A stretch of 64,000 nucleotides of DNA, from IMG/VR virus record IMGVR_UViG_3300020180_000013, positions 1 through 64,000 of that record; one strand, given 5' to 3'. The notes under the pieces were generated by a model. That model was not told the DNA's origin. It did not search any database and worked only from the letters and a program-made list of their open reading frames with translations. Origin of the DNA: a virus. The position numbers and the translations under genes were made by a program. Positions 38,501-47,390 of this stretch are shown one piece after another (position 1 is the first letter of the stretch; each line of letters begins with the position of its first letter).

Positions 38501-39451
38501 AAGTGATTTAGCTGCCTGCTCTGGAGTCTGAATACTTTTAGGATCAGTAAGTGTTCCTTTATCATCAGTTGCCCTCATCATATAATATGATGGTTTTGCT
38601 GATTGATCATAAGAAACTTCTCCGACCTCATTAAAACTAATAGGATTGCCTTCTATATCAGTAAGGGTTAATACTACACCTAGTTTATTATGTTTGTGAA
38701 GTCTAGTTTGTTTTTCTTCTTCGGAGATCCCTGGTTCATTTAACCAAGCTTTTGTTTCTTCATATACTTGATCTATAGGAATTTTACTAGCTGACATTGC
38801 AGTTAGATATACTCCACCTTGTCTTGTTCCTGGAATATCTAATTTAGAACTATCACCATTAACTAGTGGAGTATATAATTTATCCAGAATAGATCTTAGA
38901 GTATTATAATATAATTTCTTAGTTGGATCAGGAGTACTGGTCCATGTTTTAACACCGGTCTCAGAATCTATAGTTATGATAGCCTCTTGGCCAGTAGTAG
39001 TTAACGGCTGATTAGGTTTAGCCTTTTCTCTTTGTTGTTCTAGAGACTTATCTTTTATTTCTTTAGGAATAATAGTATCTGGAGTCTTATTTGCAATCTC
39101 TTGAATACTTTTGATTTGATCTATAATATCTTTATTTAGATCTAAGTATTCAATAGTTTTATCGAAGTTTTTAAAGGTATCTTCAAGATCAACTATCTCA
39201 GGATATGCATTCTTAATCAGAGTTCTTATTTCTTTACTTCTACTTTGAGCTTCTATTATAGAAATAGGAATCATCTGTACATAGTTAATAGCAAGACTAT
39301 GACTTTTAGTTTGGTTATATACAACAGAATAAATTCCTTTTGAATAACTTTTAATATCAAAAGGAATATTCTTATTAGCCTGGTTTAATAAATCTGAAGT
39401 TACTTTCTTATAAAGTTTTTCTATTTGCTCTTTTCTTAAAGGACATGCCAT
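29516..39451 (-). CDS. Virion-packaged single-chain double-psi-barrel RNA polymerase polyprotein (3311 aa)
   Basis: Catalytic loop GSDFDIDKL (about 32820-32843), RIPVQG, TGDAQGW, VDVAKD; N-terminal zincin HEAWH...EEYLAE. Confidence 0.92.
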   Translation of the reverse strand: MACPLRKEQIEKLYKKVTSDLLNQANKNIPFDIKSYSKGIYSVVYNQTKSHSLAINYVQMIPISIIEAQSRSKEIRTLIKNAYPEIVDLEDTFKNFDKTIEYLDLNKDIIDQIKSIQEIANKTPDTIIPKEIKDKSLEQQREKAKPNQPLTTTGQEAIITIDSETGVKTWTSTPDPTKKLYYNTLRSILDKLYTPLVNGDSSKLDIPGTRQGGVYLTAMSASKIPIDQVYEETKAWLNEPGISEEEKQTRLHKHNKLGVVLTLTDIEGNPISFNEVGEVSYDQSAKPSYYMMRATDDKGTLTDPKSIQTPEQAAKSLSKILNREVTATEAKKIQDDQTEQIHKIREYIKKDPENNTIRSTITGGSKGLVQENRKAPQAFSKLLFEIEHPFQPIFQEDNTGPFYKTAVYFYYPGIETPIHLQRRQFTAELATKVSSLLVNDITAKAPSGEDVSLSPYEKLNYAKNYIQTTDKGMNIQVSEDGQNLEITIKGVPLDLSDKDLANKTIIDYLTRISPSEIVTRPTGKIIDGTQPEWEKELYQGAIVKTVDTNGKDIYTKWVGAQININRKFLSRMEDFQDFTLSIEGENTRLIPTDKNYKDFLGEHTVINIPINEQGKIVTLNGYFNYSPLDSEIEKLNPKETIEVKPEVTPAKIVESSVADQRQKDIDDLLATLEKTTGQKEINKKATEEQITEARSWYNSSPLSKHFPFEVMFNMINAANPNAVATWTVNGITLYKGADYSDLYHEAWHAFTQGFLTKDQKQEVYNELRNKSGKFTTYQGKNISFKSASNIELEEYLAEDFRNYMLSDGKKLTTPVRNTLFRKILNFLKALFGNSTVAQLAINQNAISTINDLYEKLRIGDLHKFTFSGDNINFNILNKGLEAISSEEPLQSLSYEDSRLLVDTIDSLFSELIDLKNTKDLTNRFTSTIVTSSNNRSTAYKYSRTRLAHIRNDLQSSLDQTTDQFLKEQIQKNINLLDYAIRNFGDPEKPIGVENGKGLINYHNLKSKYLSLEDKFEDVAPEENEDASKGREGYNKNGNETSLTDLASNQVLYLIRSLNAIDNSGNTKKNKLGVNQLAEFDVVWNRLAKVLEGSSSPEVMEKRLKSEAETFPVFKQLLSKLGSSDTISGPEFKMWTDFWNAFNKTRIPLIQMTLDKVTNEDGTSTYISKIGQSSTDYKKAGQAWDNLFQITYANPYIKKDTNNINYLDIPTILKDFPANTIKENAFKFFKAIGVQLSDKKEIKQGIANDIGKANIIRAVLANIQSRGLTITKVSDVFKLQQPAMGNIQELRGEAGNWKRLMELETRYSDQYSNFSVTNAEGNAQFEHSLNSTLTQMINTINSVKSFDELIALPHMNHLDTERNPYTKSSIWITSLFDMNSPGRPKRKDAKLNLENLSGVQLTIDNEEGTGIASASADEFTKFLMDFHMMIMRGTPELMRAADKGTSLMINLNKLLAPGNKSGKLYIDTEEIIANKTKAIQNLTNIVINYVGSELSRINTMENASELNPIRNVSDYYNRGKEFVLFDDVLSSETKSKLKKLDLPLDTYLKNNTPRAIELRKDLETDITKYFNSLVKSTNDRYTKTKFVANNLITSIKEEANNTNYKAQVLKASSADIVQGALTSFVINQWIHNVETMNFLYGDIALYNMGKEEFHKRNAGAISTGTIYRSDESALRYLNEVIGFGYANSKGIAQDPFQSILNSAVLEDTHTLSVYHDQYKKAIESEIKDRYSKRKDFISGKISKEDLDKEISKAIESALKPYTEMNTGDAQGWITFDSYRAVKTLDNSWTPKQEELYQKIIKGESTRPSEVSRFFPVQKLQYFGPLHTEGLPTIGFHKFSVFPLIPSVIKGTNLEKLHDKLVTENVHYALFKSGSKVSTITKQGVTDPFYSNEQAKVISQEKLTKNPIFIEYLKNQLETASTFKESSIFPTQLRKLIEDGLYENGKPVNDKVEKLVKNYEDNIRKLTEVKKKELLREAGWILDKNGNPKGDLKPLLKFVRKELTRQDLADHQIDFIDIKGNTNQIKHDLSISLSADKIERLLTAIVNKRLIRQKVNGEALIQVSGAGFENLSAFDTNRNLTNPTEGDLKKWGSNDLPTYHQGPDGKTRAMKVKIAMQGQFEKLLQLDEVRDRAYSKSISTTEALNELLKDEPWLNTGTNRQMITMIGVRIPVQGLNSMEFMEIYEFLPKEAGNIIVPPDEIVAKSGSDFDIDKLTVMMPNFRKNEDGKITLTTQYSQKQARTIYEKVKAKRIALEELKDDKGNIIWTNDAIVDKFLTDVFGDLWSRDYTHEELEEILKPYNLHTFEDFYETLNGSKAVENDLLQNMREILELPQNFTNLVRPNNTDIVKPVADILQDQVQDYNPKSRVHPGNESQVSGTRVLEQEYNLYKHQSNNVGKQTLGLGAVDNSYNVVFNRIGAHLNPSYEKKMPNGKLQERPLNIYLPHNTIDVSGKPAISLGNILDSNGQYRISDVISQLINGWVDVAKDAWIFNIQGNKEVAPVLLFLIQAGVPFEHAVYFVSQPLVREYVTQQRLAKSTFADPLDKAPFHPNFYRRKAKETVLLDPRFDFNLTQSMLRGKAMDQNIYNLTREMTSKYKDSAFDFNTLKNNIGAYSAQTKIGADHIVTEEEQAAFLHYLELEDMSRSIRDIKLRMNFDTKRSTTLFEAHNRQLQVEQLKADGKIPTSIVNNILTNSPIGSFNIQEFMINLWNPLFNLRNNKVVENFIVNKFREGISDDVENTFDDPEKFVSEFKNDLVSFIFQNSVKAFNLNNIKEYKGFNVDTSIPVESVKSLKNGVFVKNNVIYVDKAQLQKDFSTKAWSGISNLKDHITEYDPKTGLAVVNVNAFSTSKEYQSFVFEREYLRSMYTSDKVKTNADYIKLLSTNITDKKITKLIDETHEEFEKRLKKISYEQFLRNQALDNTFNSWKMFYSDTSYADEYNSIIDTHPDLKNEYLLFRVLATSIAKQGIRNLYSLDSNLDGDKLNTLHENILNLSNVSVIKSTDPVENERISNFFKRFPVYAFMQSGLSAKGKYALTSFVPVDMFTRIMEEPVKVYSENMNNVLLDLFYKKFILLNTSKNSFRHKNYVVQQTLGQTVGEAKVRSAQETIPTVPITETGVEGIKEFHSLDYSEKSMINMIASNPEAVFVYGRTLDATKKSSETTNGIMQKAQVGFTLGIPTKTSYAESKEKTPLTSVLNALTDQTLEENKKLIDVAIQQLLDFKSQGRDIVFDKNGYGQGMIGRSGRGTLIEIPGKVVPKPGQQTFLYLSEQLYEKFRYINNNFLLNPKGRQLVQRDQPVTDEEVTEFMSRCIGF

Positions 39452-39468
39452 AGGATAATATTTATTAA

Positions 39469-42400
39469 TTATTCACCACAACCAAGATCTGATAAAAACT
39501 CTTCATCATTTTCTTCTTTAGATTTTTTAGTAGCCTCATCATGGAGTCTATCTACTTCAGATTTATCTTTAAGTAAATCTTCTTCAGCTTTTACATTACT
39601 CTTCATCTGAGTTTTATCTTCAGTAGTAAGATCCGGTGTTAAATCTGCTTCTTCCATTCCTTCATTATATTTAAACTCTATTTCTGATATGGGCTCATAA
39701 TATACTGTGGCCCCATTTTCTCCATATCTTACTACTTTAATAGTGTCTTTAGTCTTTCCTACTACTTCACCCAGACCAGTTTTTCCATATCTGGATTTGT
39801 CTTTCATGACTAGGATTTCTCCATCTTTTATATCATCAAAATTAATAGATAAAGCTAACTCTTTCTTTTTATCTTCTATCATTTGGTTAATAAGTTCCCC
39901 TGATAAATTCTGAGCTTTTCTAATAGCCGGAGTAGATAGATCTTCTATTAATTCTCCTTCTAATAATTCTAATTGCTCCATAGTAGTTACATCTTTAAAC
40001 CTAGCTTCTAGTGATCTAGTTGGTACAGGAGCAGCTACTATAACTTCTAGTTCAGGCTCTATAATTGGAATAGCTGCTTCTTTAGGTTTAAGCTCTGCTG
40101 CTATTTTATCTATTTCAGCAAACTTAGATTTATAGATTGCATTTTCTCCTTCAGAGAGTTTCTCATTATTGTTTATTTTCTGAGCTATACTATTCATCCT
40201 CTCTGGGGTGACTATTACTTTCTCCTGGAAGTCTAATATTTCTTCATCTCCAACTACTTCAGGAACTGCTTGTATAACCTGAGTAGGTTTTACCGGTTCT
40301 TCTAGAGTAACTACTTCTTCTGGAACTCTACCTGTTCTAGTATTGAACTCATCTAATATCTTATGTGCAGAAGGAAATCCTATGATCCAGTTTTTAAATC
40401 TTAAACTCTTTGCTATTTGATCATCTGATAAAGTAGCTAGATTTTCTTGTTCTTCTGGTACTAACTTACTATTCTGATCTCTATAAGTGGATATAAGAGT
40501 AGCTCTTAGATCTTCTGGTAGTTGATTAATTGGGGTGGCTATAGTAATACTTGCTGGTCCAGTAGTTATAGTCTCTCCTCCAGGAGTAACAGTAACGTTA
40601 GTAGTATCTATTTTAGTAGTAATAAGACTAATTACCTGATCTAGTAATGTACTATCTGTAGATACTTTAAATAATCTTTGAAAGAATTTTTTTACTGAAT
40701 TTAGATAATCAGTCCAGGTTGATTTCTGAGTAACTTCATGAGGAATTTCTTTTAGGAAACTCTGGAAAGTATCATTACTTATAGCTTCAGCTGCAAATTC
40801 TTTTTCACTTGAAAGACCATTTAAAGGAGCTTCTCCATATTTGGATTTAGCTTCTTCTGTAGTAGAATACTGCCTTGCTCTTTCTAGAAGAGAAGTAATA
40901 TCACTCTTAAATTGAGGATCAGTATCTATTCCTTCTGTAGTATATTTATGAATTAGTTGATGTAAGATAACATGCTCTATAGGATTGTTACCTGATTTAT
41001 AATCTACTGAACTATATCTGGCATCTATAACTATTCCTGTTTCAGGATTATAACTACCAGGAGAAACTGAGTCTTTCCTAAAGAGGATAACTTCTTCTGG
41101 TTTAGTAATAGATAATAATCTTCTAGCTAAAGCTTTCTCTCTAAGAGTTGAGTATTTACCGGTGATTATATTTCTGAGTACTCTTGTTGATATAACTTTT
41201 GATTCAGTATCTGCTGAGTTAAACCCATATTCTTTGGCATAATCTTCATAGGTTCTCTGGTCTCCTTTAAATTTTCTTCTAGCAAATGATTCATATCCTG
41301 GAGTAGTATCCTGTGTTTCCGGTATTGGTTTCTCCGTATATTGCTTTCCAGTTGCTTTTTCAAACTGTTCAATAAGATTAAGGATCTGCTTACCTTTTTC
41401 TGAATTAAGTGGAATTTCTCCATGAGGGCTTGTAACACTATAGAATTTAGTTGGAAGTTTATTTGTATCAGTTAGTGATTCTATTTCTTTAGAATCAAAG
41501 AATGCTCCTAGTTTATATAGTTCATTTAAGAACTCATTGTACTCAGATTTCTTAATAAATTCTTCAAGACCTTCTCTTAAATAGTTTATTCTATTATTGC
41601 TAGCTACTGTAGCAGCTTCAACTGCTCTTGAGTGAGCTTCTCTAAATGTCTCCGGATTAGTTAAGAAGTTTACTGCACTGGCTAATCGTACAGAATCTTC
41701 ATTGAGTTCATAGAAATCTTTAAGCTTTCTGAAAGCGTTATTTACATCTTCATCTAATATATGATCATCAGATAGATTAGCTATTGTTTTTATGTATTTA
41801 GAATAAGAGTCATAAAGTAATTTAGCATGTTCTGCAGAAGCTAGGTCTTCTTCTTGCTCTGGGGTAGCACTAGTTGATCTTGCTTTAATAGCAGCTTGGA
41901 ATCCTATTATATCAAGTTTAAGGGCTATAAGAGATTCTAGTATAGCTTCTTTCTTTTTGGCTATTGCTTTATCTCCGGCAGTAGTTGATTGTGTATAAGT
42001 GGGGATCTCAAGTTTAAGTGAATCAATCTCATCTTGAATCTGAGTAGGATCAAATAAAAGAGTAAACGCAGATGAAGAGGCTTTAGCTAAAAGCTTACTC
42101 TTTACTGCATCTTGAGTAATATCAGTCATTCTATCTAGAGTTCTATCAAAACTATATCTAGAAAACAAAGCCATTTTCTTAAGCTCATCAAAAGCTTCTC
42201 TAGCATGATACTCTTGTATCTTAGCTGTAGGATCTTTTACTTTAGATGGATCAAATGAATTAACCATTTTCTTTTCTATGACATCAAATCTATTTCTAAG
42301 ATAATCTACTTTATCAGTAAAACTATCTAGTTTTTGTGCATAAGATGTATCATTTGTCCCTGGCTTTTCTCCAAAGGCTTCTGATAACTCTGCAGGAGAC

Positions 42401-44382
42401 ATCTCTTTTAAAGACTTAATCTGATCAGTCAGAGAATTGGTTTGTCCGGATTTAAGAAGAGTGTATATATGAATAAATACACTTTCATCTATAGAGTTTT
42501 CAAAAGCTTTCTGATCATTATCTTCTATAGCCTGGTCAACATGAGCATTAGATTTCTTTTGAAGAACAAAGTTCTTATCTATTAAGCTAATAGCTTTAAC
42601 ATATTTAGCAGGATCTTTCATTGTGTCAATGATAGCCTCAGTAACAGAATTTATATATTCTTGTTTGGCCTTACTATAACTAGCATATCCTTTAGGATCA
42701 AATATCTTTTTAGTAAGTGTTGGTATTCCCTCAAACATTGCTTTCTGTGGGCCTTGGAGAATCCCTCCCATTAAAAATCCAGATAAGAAAGTATTTAGTC
42801 CTTGTCCTGATAACTGAGTATCCAGACTTGCAGAAAAAGAGCTCTTTAAACTAGCTAGGTCCGGATCTTTATAATCTTGCTCATAGTAACTTTTAAATGC
42901 TTGGGATATAACATCCTGAGATGTTTCTTGCAACCCTTCTGTTAAGTTAGCTACAGTATATCTTAGTGATCCTTTAAGTAAGTTACCTGGTCTAAATACA
43001 TTTTTTATTCCCGGTAAAGAGTACTTATCAACAAACCTGGCTGTTTTAGATAGAGGATCTTTTACTAGAATCTTACCAGCTAGGGCTCCTTCAGCTTCTT
43101 CTACAAGAAATCTTTGAACTGGTTTGAATCCTCTAAGAGCATTCTTAAATACTATCTTGTTAGAGAAATATATAAGTGGGATATTAGCTAGTGTTGTAGC
43201 AAATCCTGCAGCTTTAGATTGTTCATATATTTTGTTTGCTTCATCTCCTTCAGGAAGTCTGCCATCATTCTGCTCATAAAAATCATTTACTAATTTCTCA
43301 TTTAGATCTATCTGTGCTGATCCTCCTTCTAGTTTCGACTCTGAAGTAACTGCATTGATCTCCCGGATATCTCTATACAGAGATCCTACTCCTTTACTCA
43401 TTTTAGCAAAGTTGGATAGGTTCTTTAATTCACTGAGACTTCCAACAAATTCTGCAGTTCTGCTTAATGGATTAGCCCACTTGGCTACACCTAAAGCTGT
43501 CTGACCAGCATTAGCCCAACTAAATAATTGTCTGGCTTTATTTACTGAATCAATAGAAGATAGAGCTTTCCTAATATTATTCATTGCAGTAAAACCTTCA
43601 CTTAATCTTCTTGGAAGAGAAGTTATATTAGACACTAATCTACCTCCTGTAAGAGGAGCTGCTCCACTGTCTGTAGCTACTGTAATAGCTAGTAGACCTA
43701 ATTCTTCTAAAGCTATTTCACCAATTATACCTGCACTGTAAGCTGTAGTAGCTCCAAAATTTGTGATCCATCCTGCTGCTCCTTCTCTAGAAGATGACAT
43801 ATTAGCCATCCTCTTATTCATATCTTCGGAGTGAACCAAATCAGAGTCTAATCCATTGTCATACCACTCACTAAACGTATCTTTAACTCCTAGACCTGCC
43901 ATTCCTAACCAACCTGAAGCCATCCTACCAAAATCTGCAAATCCTGAAGTATTCTCATTGTATACTTTTTCATTATCTCTAAAGGGAGAGAAGCCTAATT
44001 TCTTGAATCCTGAGTGAGAATAGTATCTATCAAAATTCATATTTCTATAACCTGCTCCATAAGAGAAGGTCTTACCATAACCATATTTGTCATTGGCCCA
44101 TGAATCTGCTTGCTTGAGATACTGAGCTGCATTTTTAGCAAAGTCTACTGCAGGTGAGGTCTTAACAGAGGGTGCGGGTCCTGTATTGAAGTCTCCAATA
44201 ATACTGGAGTTAATATCAGTATTTATAGGATAGGCTGTCTGGTGGGCTCTATTAAAATTGGCTTGCTGATCTTTGGCTTGTCTTGCTTCTAGTTCTCTTT
44301 CTCCTGAAGTTTTACCAAAAACTTTCTGACCCTCTGTGAGTTCCTCACCAGGTTGAGTAGGGAGTGTTTGTTCTTCTGCCAT
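39469..44382 (-). CDS. Giant virion cargo protein (1637 aa) with amphipathic N-terminal helices and a degenerate zincin
   Basis: TEGLQETSQ motif, Gly/Ala-rich helices, HQLIH...EFAAEA. Confidence 0.75.
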   Translation of the reverse strand: MAEEQTLPTQPGEELTEGQKVFGKTSGERELEARQAKDQQANFNRAHQTAYPINTDINSSIIGDFNTGPAPSVKTSPAVDFAKNAAQYLKQADSWANDKYGYGKTFSYGAGYRNMNFDRYYSHSGFKKLGFSPFRDNEKVYNENTSGFADFGRMASGWLGMAGLGVKDTFSEWYDNGLDSDLVHSEDMNKRMANMSSSREGAAGWITNFGATTAYSAGIIGEIALEELGLLAITVATDSGAAPLTGGRLVSNITSLPRRLSEGFTAMNNIRKALSSIDSVNKARQLFSWANAGQTALGVAKWANPLSRTAEFVGSLSELKNLSNFAKMSKGVGSLYRDIREINAVTSESKLEGGSAQIDLNEKLVNDFYEQNDGRLPEGDEANKIYEQSKAAGFATTLANIPLIYFSNKIVFKNALRGFKPVQRFLVEEAEGALAGKILVKDPLSKTARFVDKYSLPGIKNVFRPGNLLKGSLRYTVANLTEGLQETSQDVISQAFKSYYEQDYKDPDLASLKSSFSASLDTQLSGQGLNTFLSGFLMGGILQGPQKAMFEGIPTLTKKIFDPKGYASYSKAKQEYINSVTEAIIDTMKDPAKYVKAISLIDKNFVLQKKSNAHVDQAIEDNDQKAFENSIDESVFIHIYTLLKSGQTNSLTDQIKSLKEMSPAELSEAFGEKPGTNDTSYAQKLDSFTDKVDYLRNRFDVIEKKMVNSFDPSKVKDPTAKIQEYHAREAFDELKKMALFSRYSFDRTLDRMTDITQDAVKSKLLAKASSSAFTLLFDPTQIQDEIDSLKLEIPTYTQSTTAGDKAIAKKKEAILESLIALKLDIIGFQAAIKARSTSATPEQEEDLASAEHAKLLYDSYSKYIKTIANLSDDHILDEDVNNAFRKLKDFYELNEDSVRLASAVNFLTNPETFREAHSRAVEAATVASNNRINYLREGLEEFIKKSEYNEFLNELYKLGAFFDSKEIESLTDTNKLPTKFYSVTSPHGEIPLNSEKGKQILNLIEQFEKATGKQYTEKPIPETQDTTPGYESFARRKFKGDQRTYEDYAKEYGFNSADTESKVISTRVLRNIITGKYSTLREKALARRLLSITKPEEVILFRKDSVSPGSYNPETGIVIDARYSSVDYKSGNNPIEHVILHQLIHKYTTEGIDTDPQFKSDITSLLERARQYSTTEEAKSKYGEAPLNGLSSEKEFAAEAISNDTFQSFLKEIPHEVTQKSTWTDYLNSVKKFFQRLFKVSTDSTLLDQVISLITTKIDTTNVTVTPGGETITTGPASITIATPINQLPEDLRATLISTYRDQNSKLVPEEQENLATLSDDQIAKSLRFKNWIIGFPSAHKILDEFNTRTGRVPEEVVTLEEPVKPTQVIQAVPEVVGDEEILDFQEKVIVTPERMNSIAQKINNNEKLSEGENAIYKSKFAEIDKIAAELKPKEAAIPIIEPELEVIVAAPVPTRSLEARFKDVTTMEQLELLEGELIEDLSTPAIRKAQNLSGELINQMIEDKKKELALSINFDDIKDGEILVMKDKSRYGKTGLGEVVGKTKDTIKVVRYGENGATVYYEPISEIEFKYNEGMEEADLTPDLTTEDKTQMKSNVKAEEDLLKDKSEVDRLHDEATKKSKEENDEEFLSDLGCGE

Positions 44383-47297
44383 TATCTTTGTTGCTGAAGT
44401 TGATTAATATTAGTTATTGGCTTAGATGTTGTATTTAAAGATCTGGCTTCTTCATTTGCCTGATGCTGTAGCTTCTGAATATATTTAATTTGTTGAACAT
44501 ATATATCAGCACTAGTAAAGCTATTAATACCAAAATTAGGAGCATTAACTTTTATATACTTTTCTCCATCCCATGCTTGCATGTATCCTGACTGAGTAAT
44601 AGTTCCTTGAGGTGTCTTAGTTATTGTAATAGATCCGGCATCTGGATAATCATTAATAGTAATAGGTTTTGTATTGATCACTATATCATAAGGTCCTCTC
44701 TGAAACTTATTCATAAATTCAGGGGGAACTTTATCCCTGTCCATATATACAGTAATACCTTCTCTGTATTTTTTATCTCCTGTGATACCTGGAGTTTTTG
44801 GTGTTCCTTTATATTTAGTCTGCTCTGCCCAGTTACCTTCAGGTGCAATATGAAAAGCTACTTTACTAGGATCTCCTAATGCTATACCACTAAATGTAAG
44901 ATCTCCTATTGGTCTTTTAAGATCACTATCTTTATAATTACCATTAGTGATATCAGCCATAAATCTATCAAGTACTTCTACAGCTTCTGGATCATTCTCT
45001 GGTAACTCTGAAGAACCATAACCATAACTTACAGCTAGAGCTCCCTTCTTTTTATAACCTTGAAATAATCTAATACCATCCATCATACTTTCATCTTCTG
45101 AAGCACCATCCATATGAGAAGTGACTGCATTGGTTCCTTTACCTCCTGTAAATGTATTAGCTATACCACCTAACTGAACTGATGGATCCCATGTTTGGAT
45201 AACCGGTTTTCCTCCTACAGAAGGGTTTCCCCGGTAGAGCTTGGCATGTAGATCTAATAGATCATCATAATCTGAAACTGCTGCTTTATAAACATTAGTG
45301 TATTCTTTGGGATCACTAAAGAAAGTCCCTGGTCCACCTGCTGTGAGTGGTTGATCTAATGTTACTGATTTTGGTGTGGCATGTTTATTAGCCCAGTTTG
45401 TTGCAAACTGTTCTCTACTAAGAACTTCTCCTTTATCTGTAATAAGAGTTTGGAACATCTCTCTTTTGTTCTCAGGAACATCAGCTGAAGATTGAGCATA
45501 TGTTCTTAATCTCTGAAGATTGCCTTTCTTAATCTTATCATAAGTTAACCATAGATCAGTATCTAACTTAACTTTATCTTCTGTTGGTTTTAGTTCTCCA
45601 TATAAGCCAGTATATAATTGTTGAGTTACTGGGAGATTTACATAGTCTTTTGCATAAGTATAAATCTTGCCTCTATTAGCAGCATAGTTTTTTCCATCTG
45701 CAATATCTTCAGTTCTGAACTTGTTAGTATTTCTATCATAATCAGAACCAAATATTTTATATAAATCATTAGCTGCACTTTTACCTTCAGCACTATTAGG
45801 ATCATTATCTACCAATGATTGTAAGTTATTAGCTATCTTTTTTAAATAAATATCTTGTGCACTATTTACCTTTCCATATTGCTCCATAAATTTATCTTGA
45901 AGCTCAGTCTCAGTATCTATGATATCTGCAGTAGCAGATGCTCCTTGGAATTTATCCGGAGCTGGTTGCCATATATTATTATTTAGAGCTCCTGTTCTGG
46001 TCTTACCTAATTCTTTTTTAGCTGCTTCATAGGTAAGTCTTTGACTCCAGTTTAATTTCTGGAGTTCTATAGCATTAAGATGAGACTCATGCATCTCTTG
46101 TAATCTAAGAGCATGATCATAAGAACTCTTTGCATATGGATCTGCTTCTATTTTAGTTTCACTGGTTAGATCAGCATAATTTTTAGCAGCATGAAGAAGG
46201 TCATTAGTTAAGAGAGAATTAGATACTGCCTTATCTATTCTCCATCTAAGAGCTTTTTTATCAGCACCTATTAATACATTTTTATCGAGATAGTTTAAAG
46301 TCTCTTTATGAAACTCCTCTGCAGTATTTAATACATCTGATTGTGCATTAAAAGATAAATACTGAGTGATAAGAGGATCATCTTGATCTAGTCCTCCACT
46401 ATTATTTATTTTGTTAGCAATGATTTCTCTTTTTGCACTAATATCAGATTTAGAATCAGATACTCTTTTTGTATTTATATTAGCAGATCTTTCAGCTGTA
46501 CTTAATGCATTATTTAAATAGAAATTTTCTGCAGCATCTTCACTTCCATATACTCCAACATTAGACTTCATGAAATCTTTTCTAGTAAGATATGCCTGAA
46601 TATCAGACACCTCTCTTGCTACTGGATCACTTCCAAATACTCCTAGAAAATACTCAGAGAGAGGAGTATACATAGCTGCACCATTTTTTTGAGTAACTAT
46701 ATACCGGCCATCAGGAGACCATGAGATAGACTTAATATCAAATCCCATATCCTTTGCATTCTTAATAGCTTTCTCTTGTATACTTATATATGGAGTATAT
46801 CTTGGATCCTCCATAGAAGATGCATTATGATTATCAGCTGCTTTTGCAAAATCTTCAGCTTGATAATTAAGAGCTCTTACTCCACCTTCCCACCATTTTG
46901 CTCCACAATCAACACAATTTCTAAATCCTTCTGCTCTTGTTAATTGGTTCTGGTATTTTTTAGTCCAGGCCATGTTTTTCATAATGTTCTTATCATCTAT
47001 CAATGGCTGGAATACTTGGTAAGCAGCATCTGTATTTTGCTCTTGTGAAAGATCAAGTGTTGATACTTTTTGAATACTTGATTCTATATCTTTGAAAAAT
47101 TTATCCCGGGTTTCATTATCTACACTTCCTAACATAGGAGAATTAAGAAGAGATCCATAAATTCCACTGATCTTGTTATATCCTTGGTTATACTGTGCCT
47201 CTTTTCTCTCAAGCCCTGCTTGATAAAAATTTAGATCCGGCTGAAAAGGTTGGATATGTGGTATGTAATCGGTAATACCTGGTATATAACTAGCCAT
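44382..47297 (-). CDS. Virion cargo protein (971 aa)
   Basis: Position in the cargo cluster; helical and Gln-rich; single CVDC pair. Confidence 0.65.
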   Translation of the reverse strand: MASYIPGITDYIPHIQPFQPDLNFYQAGLERKEAQYNQGYNKISGIYGSLLNSPMLGSVDNETRDKFFKDIESSIQKVSTLDLSQEQNTDAAYQVFQPLIDDKNIMKNMAWTKKYQNQLTRAEGFRNCVDCGAKWWEGGVRALNYQAEDFAKAADNHNASSMEDPRYTPYISIQEKAIKNAKDMGFDIKSISWSPDGRYIVTQKNGAAMYTPLSEYFLGVFGSDPVAREVSDIQAYLTRKDFMKSNVGVYGSEDAAENFYLNNALSTAERSANINTKRVSDSKSDISAKREIIANKINNSGGLDQDDPLITQYLSFNAQSDVLNTAEEFHKETLNYLDKNVLIGADKKALRWRIDKAVSNSLLTNDLLHAAKNYADLTSETKIEADPYAKSSYDHALRLQEMHESHLNAIELQKLNWSQRLTYEAAKKELGKTRTGALNNNIWQPAPDKFQGASATADIIDTETELQDKFMEQYGKVNSAQDIYLKKIANNLQSLVDNDPNSAEGKSAANDLYKIFGSDYDRNTNKFRTEDIADGKNYAANRGKIYTYAKDYVNLPVTQQLYTGLYGELKPTEDKVKLDTDLWLTYDKIKKGNLQRLRTYAQSSADVPENKREMFQTLITDKGEVLSREQFATNWANKHATPKSVTLDQPLTAGGPGTFFSDPKEYTNVYKAAVSDYDDLLDLHAKLYRGNPSVGGKPVIQTWDPSVQLGGIANTFTGGKGTNAVTSHMDGASEDESMMDGIRLFQGYKKKGALAVSYGYGSSELPENDPEAVEVLDRFMADITNGNYKDSDLKRPIGDLTFSGIALGDPSKVAFHIAPEGNWAEQTKYKGTPKTPGITGDKKYREGITVYMDRDKVPPEFMNKFQRGPYDIVINTKPITINDYPDAGSITITKTPQGTITQSGYMQAWDGEKYIKVNAPNFGINSFTSADIYVQQIKYIQKLQHQANEEARSLNTTSKPITNINQLQQQR

Positions 47298-47390
47298 AGA
47301 TTATGTATGTGGGATAAAAATAGTACAATTTTATTACAAGTTTAAATTAAATTTAATATAAATCTTTAAGTTTAAACCTGTGATAATAAG

